32,000 nucleotides of DNA from an uncultured Opitutales bacterium (GTDB lineage: Bacteria; Verrucomicrobiota; Verrucomicrobiia; Opitutales; UBA9783). Location: NCBI GenBank assembly GCA_934691225.1, contig CAKUSQ010000001.1, positions 510,001 to 542,000 of the forward strand, written 5' to 3'. Positions within the stretch are counted from its first letter, which is position 1; the number at the start of each line of letters is the position of its first letter. The position numbers and the translations under genes were made by a program. Below are positions 25,156 through 32,000 of the stretch, piece after piece. The notes below the pieces were generated by a model. That model ran no database searches. It was not told where the DNA came from and saw nothing but the letters and a program-made list of their open reading frames with translations.

Positions 25156-25817
25156 AGCATTCGTTGGTGGATTATCCAGGGGAGGTTTGCAGTGTGGTTT
25201 TTTTACCAGGCTGCAACTTCAAGTGTCCTTATTGCCATAATAAATCATTAGCGCAGGAAGTAAAACAAGAAGGATGGTCGCTTAAGGAAATTATGGATTA
25301 CTTGGAAGGTGCGCGGGCAATCGTGACAGCGGTTTGTATCACTGGTGGTGAACCTACATTGTATCCAGAAACGCTATTTTTTTTAGTAAATGTTTTTAAA
25401 AAGATGGGGTTTAAGGTGAAAGTGGATTCTAATGGCAGTTCGCCTGCATGTTTAAGTAAACTAAATAAGGAAGTGGATTATTTTGCCATGGATTTAAAAA
25501 CATCGATACCTCGTTACGCAGAACTGTTGGAGCGAAACGAAGATATGGGTGAAAAAATAGAAACATCGATGTCTATTTTGATGAATCGATTGCCCGATTC
25601 ATTTGAATTTAGAACAACGTTAGATCCACGTTTTGTAGATGAAGCCGTGATTCATGACTTAGGTAAACGTTTAAAAGCGGATACGCGTTGGTATTTACAG
25701 CGTTGTCGCTTAGAAAAAAAGATGACAGCTGAAGCATATACAGACGAAACAGAAGTGATTGAACGATTGTGTGCGTTAGCTAAAAAATATACACATTATG
25801 TTTTTTTACGAGAATAA
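25134..25817 (+). CDS. nrdG: Anaerobic ribonucleotide reductase activating protein (radical SAM)
   Basis: GFIKHSLVDYPGEVCSVVFLPGCNFKCPYCHN (CxxxCxxC), ITGGEPTL. The ORF overlaps the nrdD 3' end by 22 nt. Confidence 0.9.
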   Translation: MRKYGFIKHSLVDYPGEVCSVVFLPGCNFKCPYCHNKSLAQEVKQEGWSLKEIMDYLEGARAIVTAVCITGGEPTLYPETLFFLVNVFKKMGFKVKVDSNGSSPACLSKLNKEVDYFAMDLKTSIPRYAELLERNEDMGEKIETSMSILMNRLPDSFEFRTTLDPRFVDEAVIHDLGKRLKADTRWYLQRCRLEKKMTAEAYTDETEVIERLCALAKKYTHYVFLRE

Positions 25818-25857
25818 TACTTGACATTGAATGTGTTTTACTTTGTTATATAAAACG

Positions 25858-25941
25858 AGGAGAAATATCTTCTCTTGCCGTATGGTGGGCTGAGAGCAAC
25901 CCTTACGATGACACAAAAACTTAGTGCCCACCTGCGGCAAG
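25858..25941 (+). ncRNA. Candidate small structured RNA or unusual terminator element in the convergent nrdG/hemW gap (strand uncertain)
   Basis: - TTGACA at 25821-25826, with TGTTAT 17 nt downstream.
- Small hairpin gagaa/ttctc (25860-25874).
- Long interrupted helix: cttgccg (25874-25880) plus ggtgggc (25884-25890) pairs with gcccacc (25926-25932) plus cggcaag (25935-25941). It encloses a 35-nt loop.
- No ORF and no downstream same-strand gene. Confidence 0.3.
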
Positions 25942-25977
25942 CTTAGCGTATTTAATTTAAAAATTTTTGAGATGTTT

Positions 25978-27093
25978 TTAAAATGTTAAAATTTCTAAGG
26001 CTAAGCTATCTGCTAAAAGTAATCCCTGAGAAGTGCATCGAATATGTTGATCTTCAAAATAAATCCAGCCTTTTTGGCAAAAATATTCCCAAAGAGGTAG
26101 GTATTTATTGAGATCGATAGAGGGAAACCGTTGCTGTAATTTCTTTAAACAGATTCCTTCATTCATACGTAACCCAAAAATTAGGCAATCTTGAAAAAGT
26201 TCGAATTCGGTAAATTCAACAATGTTAATGTGGGAATTGGGTTGCCAATCGCTGAGATTGAAGGCATTTTGAAAGCGCTTTAATTTTAATTGAGAAGCAG
26301 CGCTTGGTCCATAACCGATCCATTCTTGCATGCGCCATGTATTTAAGTTATGTAAGCATTCAAAGCCAGGTTTAGAGAAATTTGAGACTTCATAATGCTG
26401 ATAGCCTTGATCAGCTAAAAATTGCCATGTGAATTCATAAAAAGTAGCTTCTTTTGTTTCATCCACATATTTGTAATGATCTTTAGAAAAGGGACCTGTT
26501 TCGTTTTCGTAAGAAAGACAGTAAGTGGATATATGTTCTGGTTGAAGTGACAATGCGGTTTGTAGATCTTGTTTCCAAATTTCGATGCTTGAGAAATCAG
26601 GTGGGAAAATGAGGTCTAAATTTACATTTTTAAAACCTGCTTTTCGAATATTATCGTAAGCTTGAAATACTTGTTGAGGTGTTTGTCGACGTCCAAGTTG
26701 TTTTAAAATATTAGGGTTAAAACTTTGAACCCCCATGGAAATGCGAGAAATACCTATATTTTTTAAAAGGTTTAGCTTTTCAAGTGTTATATTAATAGGT
26801 GAAACTTCAACCGTCCATTCTTTGGGTTTTGATGCGTGAATGAAAAGGTGACTTAAATGATTTAATGCATCACAAGAGAGACAGCTAGGACTTCCTCCGC
26901 CCCAAAAAATAGTTTCGAAATGTCTGTGTGGCAGTTGTGTTTGCCAGTAAGCAATTTCTGCCTCTAGTTTTTTGAAATAAATAGCGAGGCGTTCGGGTGT
27001 TGGAGTCATTTTTAAAAAATGACAATAAGCACAAGCGTTGGAGCAAAAAGGTATGTGAACGTAAAGACCTAAAGATAAAGCTTGTAAGTTCAT
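25978..27093 (-). CDS. hemW: Radical SAM family heme chaperone HemW (HemN-like, oxygen-independent coproporphyrinogen oxidase family)
   Basis: YVHIPFCSNACAYCHF is CxxxCxxC without the fourth Cys of true HemN. FWGGGSPS, RISMGVQSF and HNLNTWR are present. At 371 aa, the size is typical of HemW. Confidence 0.85.
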   Translation of the reverse strand: MNLQALSLGLYVHIPFCSNACAYCHFLKMTPTPERLAIYFKKLEAEIAYWQTQLPHRHFETIFWGGGSPSCLSCDALNHLSHLFIHASKPKEWTVEVSPINITLEKLNLLKNIGISRISMGVQSFNPNILKQLGRRQTPQQVFQAYDNIRKAGFKNVNLDLIFPPDFSSIEIWKQDLQTALSLQPEHISTYCLSYENETGPFSKDHYKYVDETKEATFYEFTWQFLADQGYQHYEVSNFSKPGFECLHNLNTWRMQEWIGYGPSAASQLKLKRFQNAFNLSDWQPNSHINIVEFTEFELFQDCLIFGLRMNEGICLKKLQQRFPSIDLNKYLPLWEYFCQKGWIYFEDQHIRCTSQGLLLADSLALEILTF

Positions 27094-27117
27094 AAGATTT
27101 GATAAATGATATAACGC

Positions 27118-28092
27118 ATGAAAGTAAAATCGCCAATGTTAAAAAAATTTTTTTCACAAGGAGGCAAATGGCTATTGTTGTTAAGTTTAGCTGGTTGTGC
27201 TCAAACTTTGACCAATGTAACGCTAGGCGTGGTTCAACGAAACCCATCCAACATGTATCGTTTTACAACACAGTGTAATGTTCTTGAAAATAAGGTGATT
27301 CCTGGATCTTTTAAGTTAGATTTGGTGATAGATGGAAAAGAGTATCCGTTGCAGCCAGAAGCGTTGACACCTACCTTTTTTTATTATGATCATATTTTGG
27401 GGGTAGATCGCTCAGAAGCTAAGTATTACTTTGTATTAAATTATCAAAAGAATCATCGTGGGCGATTGAAAAATTGCGTAGCTAAGACACCTTTAGCAAA
27501 TTTCAAAATACAGGAATGTTGTTGTTTTAGTTTAGATTGTGAACGTGCGCCTGTCGGAGCCGATGTAAAAATTTTGGGACGTGGATTTATGAACGGGGAT
27601 CGTATTTTTGTTGGCGAATACGGTGCTATAACTGCATGTGAGTCAGAAAATGTTCTGTCGTTCGAAGTTCCGCAAGTTATGTGCAATAAATCGTACCCAG
27701 TGTATTGTTTACATAATAATGAAAAAGTGTTTGTTGGGAATATATGGGTTGATAACAATCGTTTTACAGTAGAACCAACCAGTATTGATTTGATGCAAGG
27801 GGATCAAGTGAACTTTACGGTAAGTTTATCTTCGCCTTTAAATTATGATTTGAACGTAAATATTACTACCGATATTCCTAACAGTGTCATTATGCCTGAA
27901 ATGAAGATCGAAGCGGGTGAGAGTTCAGCTACAGTAACTATTGAAGGTGGTGAAGGTGGCAAAGGGCATTTGTTTGTGTCGGCGCAAGGGTTTGAAGAAC
28001 AAGAGGTGCCTATAGAAGTTGAAGGTGATGATCAGGAAGAAGATGATGATGAACCAGAGAAAGCGGTTGATGATAGTAATGCTGAGGAATAA
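27118..28092 (+). CDS. Lipoprotein with an IPT/TIG-like Ig-fold domain and an acidic C-terminal tail
   Basis: - Lipobox: LLLLSLAGC|AQ.
- Central segment VGADVKILGRGFMNGDRIFVGEYGAITACESENVLSFEVP resembles IPT/TIG.
- A second beta-rich module follows.
- The tail is EGDDQEEDDDEPEKAVDDSNAEE.
- An alternative start exists at 27136. Confidence 0.65.
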   Translation: MKVKSPMLKKFFSQGGKWLLLLSLAGCAQTLTNVTLGVVQRNPSNMYRFTTQCNVLENKVIPGSFKLDLVIDGKEYPLQPEALTPTFFYYDHILGVDRSEAKYYFVLNYQKNHRGRLKNCVAKTPLANFKIQECCCFSLDCERAPVGADVKILGRGFMNGDRIFVGEYGAITACESENVLSFEVPQVMCNKSYPVYCLHNNEKVFVGNIWVDNNRFTVEPTSIDLMQGDQVNFTVSLSSPLNYDLNVNITTDIPNSVIMPEMKIEAGESSATVTIEGGEGGKGHLFVSAQGFEEQEVPIEVEGDDQEEDDDEPEKAVDDSNAEE

Positions 28093-28100
28093 ATAACGTT

Positions 28101-28124
28101 GGCCTCCTTATAAAGGAGGCTTTT
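28101..28124. terminator. Bidirectional intrinsic terminator between the lipoprotein gene and glgA
   Basis: A perfect 8-bp GC-rich hairpin is formed by gcctcctt (28102-28109) and aaggaggc (28113-28120). It is flanked by aaataa on one side and tttt on the other, and lies between two convergent stop codons. Confidence 0.6.
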
Positions 28125-29556
28125 ATATTTGTTGACGTTGTTGTATTGTCCAATGATAAACTTCTTCATATTTTCGTGCTGATTTGTTCCAACTAAAGTC
28201 TTTAGCCATAGCGGTTCGTTGCATATTTATGAAGACTTCGGGTTTATTGTAATAGACGGAACATGCCCATCCAATCGTATTGTAGATTGCGTCTGGGCAT
28301 AAATCTGAAAATATGAAGCCACATCCTTGTCCTGTTGTTTCATCCAAAGAATCTACGGTATCAACTAATCCTCCTGTGGCTCTTACGATAGGTAGTGTTC
28401 CATAGCGCATGGAATATATTTGATTTAAGCCACATGGTTCAAATCGGCTTGGCATCAAAAATAGATCGCAACCAGCTTCAACTTGATGTGCAAGTGTTCC
28501 GTTATATCCTATGAAGGTACGTACTTGGTTTGGAAATTGCTGTTCCAATGCTCTGCATCGAGCTTCCCAATTAGGGTCTCCACTGCCGATAATAACGATT
28601 TGAATTTGCATATTTTTGAGTAAGTATGGAGCAACATCGAGAAAAACGTCCAAGCCTTTTTGTGGATACAGTCGGCTTATAATTCCTAGGATAGGTCCTG
28701 TGTTATCTGGGAGATTGAGTTGTGTTCGTAAGTTTTTTTTACATAAAAATTTAGGTTTTAGATTTTTTAATGAATAGTGTTCGGTAAGGAATGGATCTGT
28801 TTCAGGATCCCAAATGTTTTCGTCAATACCATTTAAAATGCCAATCAAGTCGCCTGCTTTGAATTTTAAAACGTGCTGAAGCCCACAACCCAAGGTTGAT
28901 GTTTGGATTTCTTTAGCATAGGTTGGACTTACGGTCGTAATTTTTGTTGCATGATACAAAGCACCTTTCATGAAGTTAATACAACCTAGAGACTCTACGC
29001 TATCTGAACGAAATTCTGAGAAGGGTATGCCAGCGTAGGCCAATAAATCCGGTTGAAAGATACCTTGATGTTCTAAATTGTGAATGGTAAAAACCGTGGC
29101 TGCTTTGTTTAAATTGTATTCGAAAGCATTTGTGTTAAGATAGATGGGAATTAATCCTGTGGTCCAATCATGGCAATGAATGATATCAGGTATCCATTGT
29201 TGATTTACACACATGTCTAGAGCAGCTCGACAAAAGAAAGCAAATCGTTCACCATTATTAGGACCATCAATGTAAATCCTTGAGTCGCTGAAATATTGCT
29301 GATATTCAATGAAATAATAAATTAAACCATCCTGTGATTGTTCCCATAAACGGCAAATTCTATTATGGCCTCCTAATCGAACAACAACGTTGTCGTAGCG
29401 TTTACCTTGGGGGTGTATTGATCCGTAAAGTGGGAGGCAGATGCGAACGTCATGTCCATAACTTGCAAGTTTTTTAGGTAAGGCACCAACCACATCTCCT
29501 AAACCTCCTACCTTGGCAAAAGGGTAACATTCAGGACTAACCATTAAGATTTTCAT
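28123..29556 (-). CDS. glgA: Glycogen synthase (ADP-glucose type, GT5)
   Basis: MKILMVSPECYPFAKVGGLGDVVGALP (the KxGGL motif), HCHDWTT, and a C-terminal SRFEPCGLNQIYSMRYGTLPIVRATGGLVDTV. I place the start at the ATG at 29556. The ORF track start at 29592 is a TTG that adds 12 atypical residues. Confidence 0.9.
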   Translation of the reverse strand: MKILMVSPECYPFAKVGGLGDVVGALPKKLASYGHDVRICLPLYGSIHPQGKRYDNVVVRLGGHNRICRLWEQSQDGLIYYFIEYQQYFSDSRIYIDGPNNGERFAFFCRAALDMCVNQQWIPDIIHCHDWTTGLIPIYLNTNAFEYNLNKAATVFTIHNLEHQGIFQPDLLAYAGIPFSEFRSDSVESLGCINFMKGALYHATKITTVSPTYAKEIQTSTLGCGLQHVLKFKAGDLIGILNGIDENIWDPETDPFLTEHYSLKNLKPKFLCKKNLRTQLNLPDNTGPILGIISRLYPQKGLDVFLDVAPYLLKNMQIQIVIIGSGDPNWEARCRALEQQFPNQVRTFIGYNGTLAHQVEAGCDLFLMPSRFEPCGLNQIYSMRYGTLPIVRATGGLVDTVDSLDETTGQGCGFIFSDLCPDAIYNTIGWACSVYYNKPEVFINMQRTAMAKDFSWNKSARKYEEVYHWTIQQRQQI

Positions 29557-29594
29557 CTTACTTATGATAGCATTTATTGAACTTGAAGGCAATG

Positions 29595-31931
29595 TTAATG
29601 CGTGTTTGAAATAATTTTATTGATTTGTTTTAATAATTGATCAGGTTGAAATGGTTTAGGTAAAATTTCATTCATGCCGACAGAAATCGCTTGATCATAG
29701 GTTTGTTTTAGTGCATTAGCTGTCAATCCTAGAATAGGAATAGCCGCTTTTTCAAGTCCACATATTCCAGAACGAATGCGTTGTGTAGTTTCAAACCCAT
29801 CCATTTGCGGCATATTAATATCCATAATAATAAGGCAGGTTGTGTTTTTTTCTAACCAATCTAAGCATTGAATTCCATTGCTTACCGTAACGATTTCGTA
29901 ACCATTTTTTTCTAGAATTTTTTGAGCTACTTGCTGATTATCTATATTGTCCTCGACAAGCAATAGACAAGGTTTTGGTTGTTCAGGTTGAATATTTTTG
30001 TAGGCAAAAGTGGTTGAAAGTTCGTTACTTTCTCTGTTATTTTCTGGATGTCCACATTTTAAAAATACACTGAAGAAAAATATAGAACCTTGTTCAAGTT
30101 TACTATGCACTTTGAGCGTTCCATTCATGAGTTGAACAAGAGATTGCGTGATAGGTAGACCGAGACCTGTACCTCCTTGATTCTGATAAGAAACTTGTTC
30201 AAATGCTTCAAAAATTCTATGTATGTCATTTTGAGAGATACCTGTACCTTGGTCTTTGACAGAAATAAATAGTTGGTAGTTATCTTGTTCTAATTTGCGA
30301 CCCGTTGCGCGAATGAAAATAGATCCGCTTGAAGTAAATTTAATGGCGTTACTGATTAAATTAATTAAAATTTGTCGCAATCGTTTTACATCTCCTACCA
30401 ACCAATGCTCAATATGGGGATGAATCCATATAGATAAGTTTAGATTTTTTTTAACAAGTGTGGGCTGGAAAATATCACAAACTTCCTTAATACAGGTATC
30501 AAGATGAAAGTTAATAGGTTCTAAGGTTAATTTTTTAGCTTCGATTTTAGATAAATCCAGAATTTGATTGATTAGATCCAGCAATAGTTGCGTACTGGAA
30601 TTGATTGTTTTGACGTAATCTTTTTGTTCTGCATTTAAAGGAGTGTCTTGAAGCAAATACGTGAATCCTAGAATGCCATTGATAGGCGTTCGAATTTCAT
30701 GACTCATAGTAGCTAGAAATGCGGATTTTGCTTGCATCGATTGGAGAGCTTCATCACGTGCTTTTGCTAACTTTTCAGCATAATTAGCCAACTTTTTTTC
30801 GCTTTTTTTACGTTCACTAATATCAACAAGGCAAGATATGTAGCCTTCAAAATGACCATCAGATAAAATTTGAGGAACACATTGGCATAACATCCAGTGT
30901 TCTTTTCCTAAATTATCTTTTAGGCGGCATTCGAAGTGAATAGACTTACGTTCTTTTTGTGCTTCCAAGAAAATAGCTTGGTAGCGTTGTGCGGTACCAT
31001 TCGTCATATAACTCAACCAGGACCAATCGTGATAGGTGAAATAATTTTGTCCTGTGAATTTGCACCATTGCTTATTAAAATAAAAATTTGTATTATCCTC
31101 ATTTGTTGTCCAAAGAAGAAATGGGGCGATGTCGATAACTTTATGGAAAAGGTTTTCTGTTTTTTCTTGTGAGCGAATCATTTCGTTGAGCGTTTTAGCT
31201 AATTCACCAATTTCATCGTTATGCAAAATAGGAGCCATCGCATACAAATTCCCTAGACGTCGTTTATTGATTTGTCGTTTTATAGCCATCAGAGGCCTTA
31301 TAATCCAACGGTTTATTTGCCAAAGACAAATCATAGCTAGAGAAAGTAAAATGCACAAAGAAATGGATACCATAGCTAAGTTTTGGCGCATGAATTCTTT
31401 ATGCCAATAATACGTATCCAATTGAATAACAACGTAAGCGGGTACGTATTTCATGCTATTGTTTACGTATTGCAGTAGATAAAAACCCATGGCGTAACTA
31501 AATACGTGACGTTTGGGTAAAAAATCATAAGCTTCTTGTTCTTGTGGGAAATTTGGAAGACGAACCCCTCGAGGTAATGGGTACGTTTTCCATTTTTTGC
31601 CAACAAGTGTGCTTCGATTGCACGCTAAAACGGTCAATGGGTCATCCCATAGAATGGCGATTGTTCGTATGTGAGCTTCGCTGCTGAACACGGATACCAG
31701 ACGTTGTAGTTCGTAAGGATAATGTACGATTTGTGCGCATACACCAATAGAGTGACTTTGTTGTTGGCATCTTACTAAGGCGTGACCTTTTAAATGTTTT
31801 GTGTAAGCGTGTCGCGAATAACGAATAATAATGTATGTACAAACGATTAAAAAAATCAGCAAAGGAATAAGCATTTTTGTTTGTAATGTGCCTATTTTGA
31901 ATCGCTGGATTAATTTTAATTTTATACGCAT
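29595..31931 (-). CDS. Hybrid sensor histidine kinase (TM-sensor-TM, HAMP, PAS, HisKA, HATPase_c, REC)
   Basis: - Two TM segments flank an extracytoplasmic region of about 150 aa.
- HAMP: RPLMAIKRQI...DEIGELAKTLNEMI.
- PAS-like: IAPFLLWTTNEDNTNFYFNKQWCKFTG.
- H-box: FLATMSHEIRTPINGILG.
- N and G boxes: ISNAIKFT, GTGLGLPIT.
- Receiver: LLLVEDN...IIMDINMPQMDG...LTANA...KPF. Confidence 0.9.
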   Translation of the reverse strand: MRIKLKLIQRFKIGTLQTKMLIPLLIFLIVCTYIIIRYSRHAYTKHLKGHALVRCQQQSHSIGVCAQIVHYPYELQRLVSVFSSEAHIRTIAILWDDPLTVLACNRSTLVGKKWKTYPLPRGVRLPNFPQEQEAYDFLPKRHVFSYAMGFYLLQYVNNSMKYVPAYVVIQLDTYYWHKEFMRQNLAMVSISLCILLSLAMICLWQINRWIIRPLMAIKRQINKRRLGNLYAMAPILHNDEIGELAKTLNEMIRSQEKTENLFHKVIDIAPFLLWTTNEDNTNFYFNKQWCKFTGQNYFTYHDWSWLSYMTNGTAQRYQAIFLEAQKERKSIHFECRLKDNLGKEHWMLCQCVPQILSDGHFEGYISCLVDISERKKSEKKLANYAEKLAKARDEALQSMQAKSAFLATMSHEIRTPINGILGFTYLLQDTPLNAEQKDYVKTINSSTQLLLDLINQILDLSKIEAKKLTLEPINFHLDTCIKEVCDIFQPTLVKKNLNLSIWIHPHIEHWLVGDVKRLRQILINLISNAIKFTSSGSIFIRATGRKLEQDNYQLFISVKDQGTGISQNDIHRIFEAFEQVSYQNQGGTGLGLPITQSLVQLMNGTLKVHSKLEQGSIFFFSVFLKCGHPENNRESNELSTTFAYKNIQPEQPKPCLLLVEDNIDNQQVAQKILEKNGYEIVTVSNGIQCLDWLEKNTTCLIIMDINMPQMDGFETTQRIRSGICGLEKAAIPILGLTANALKQTYDQAISVGMNEILPKPFQPDQLLKQINKIISNTH

Positions 31932-32000
31932 TTTAATGTTTCAAAGTTTTTTGTATAAAAGACGCATCAAAAATAGAATCCAATGTATCTGAATTGCTTA

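Noticed and set aside
25884-25905. TPP-riboswitch resemblance (ggtgggCTGAGAgcaACCCtt) in the orphan RNA element.
   Set aside because: CUGAGA followed by ACCC recalls the pyrimidine-sensing half of the THI element. However, the P3 hairpin and the whole pyrophosphate-sensing arm (..CCUGAUCUGGAUAAUGCCAGCG..) are missing, and no thiamine gene lies downstream.
26885-27758. ORFs 26885-27247 (-) and 27453-27758 (-).
   Set aside because: The first is an out-of-frame overlap of the hemW 5' end and runs antisense into the lipoprotein gene. The second is antisense within the lipoprotein gene. Neither has motifs.
30936-31842. ORFs 30936-31172 (+), 31129-31410 (+) and 31642-31842 (-).
   Set aside because: They are antisense to, or out of frame within, the histidine kinase gene, with no independent support.
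1-32000. CRISPR arrays, IS elements, transposases, integrases, toxin-antitoxin pairs and known defence-system gene sets.
   Set aside because: Scanning the ORF products and intergenic DNA by eye found no repeat-spacer periodicity and no transposase or recombinase motifs. It also found no long terminal inverted repeats and no recognisable defence genes. A repeat finder could still reveal short dispersed repeats that I cannot see.

Overview
The window is a compact, visibly AT-rich bacterial chromosomal segment (GC was not computed). It is almost entirely coding. Many neighbouring genes abut or overlap by 4 nt (ATGA).

The content is mostly core housekeeping of a diderm bacterium:
- Plus strand, first half: rplI (3' end), dnaB, bamA-skp-lpxD, prs, rlmN, mpl, a small XRE-type HTH gene, tRNA-Glu(UUC), rplU-rpmA, and dprA followed by an MBL-fold hydrolase and a DUF5131 (Gp37/Gp68-like) gene.
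- Minus-strand block: MFS transporter, nth, APH-like kinase, rluD-type pseudouridine synthase.
- Plus strand, second half: EamA/DMT transporter-metK, kdsA-fmt, plsY and a short ACT-less aspartokinase-like gene.
- Remainder: a small secreted protein, nrdD-nrdG, hemW, an IPT/TIG-like lipoprotein, and glgA downstream of a hybrid sensor histidine kinase.

The taxon cannot be fixed from sequence alone. bamA-skp-lpxD without fabZ-lpxA, glgA and the compaction fit a PVC-type or similarly reduced diderm lineage, but this is a guess. I saw no CRISPR array, transposase, integrase or obvious defence island.

The most unusual part is the anaerobic ribonucleotide reductase locus at about 22.5-26.0 kb. It combines three features:
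- A 350-nt leader with a closing helix and several cobalamin-riboswitch-like motifs.
- An NrdD that carries an extra C-terminal Cys-rich linker plus a thioredoxin-fold CxxC domain, suggesting a built-in reductant.
- A promoter-like element and a strongly paired about 70-85 nt structured RNA in the convergent gap after nrdG, with no gene downstream.

Secondary oddities:
- A translationally coupled dprA-MBL-DUF5131 operon, where the DUF5131 protein has a Cx6Cx2C motif plus a C-terminal multi-Cys tail.
- EamA-metK ATGA coupling.
- An ACT-less aspartokinase homolog.
- A hybrid histidine kinase directly upstream of glgA.

All functional calls come from motif recognition by eye. No searches were run.
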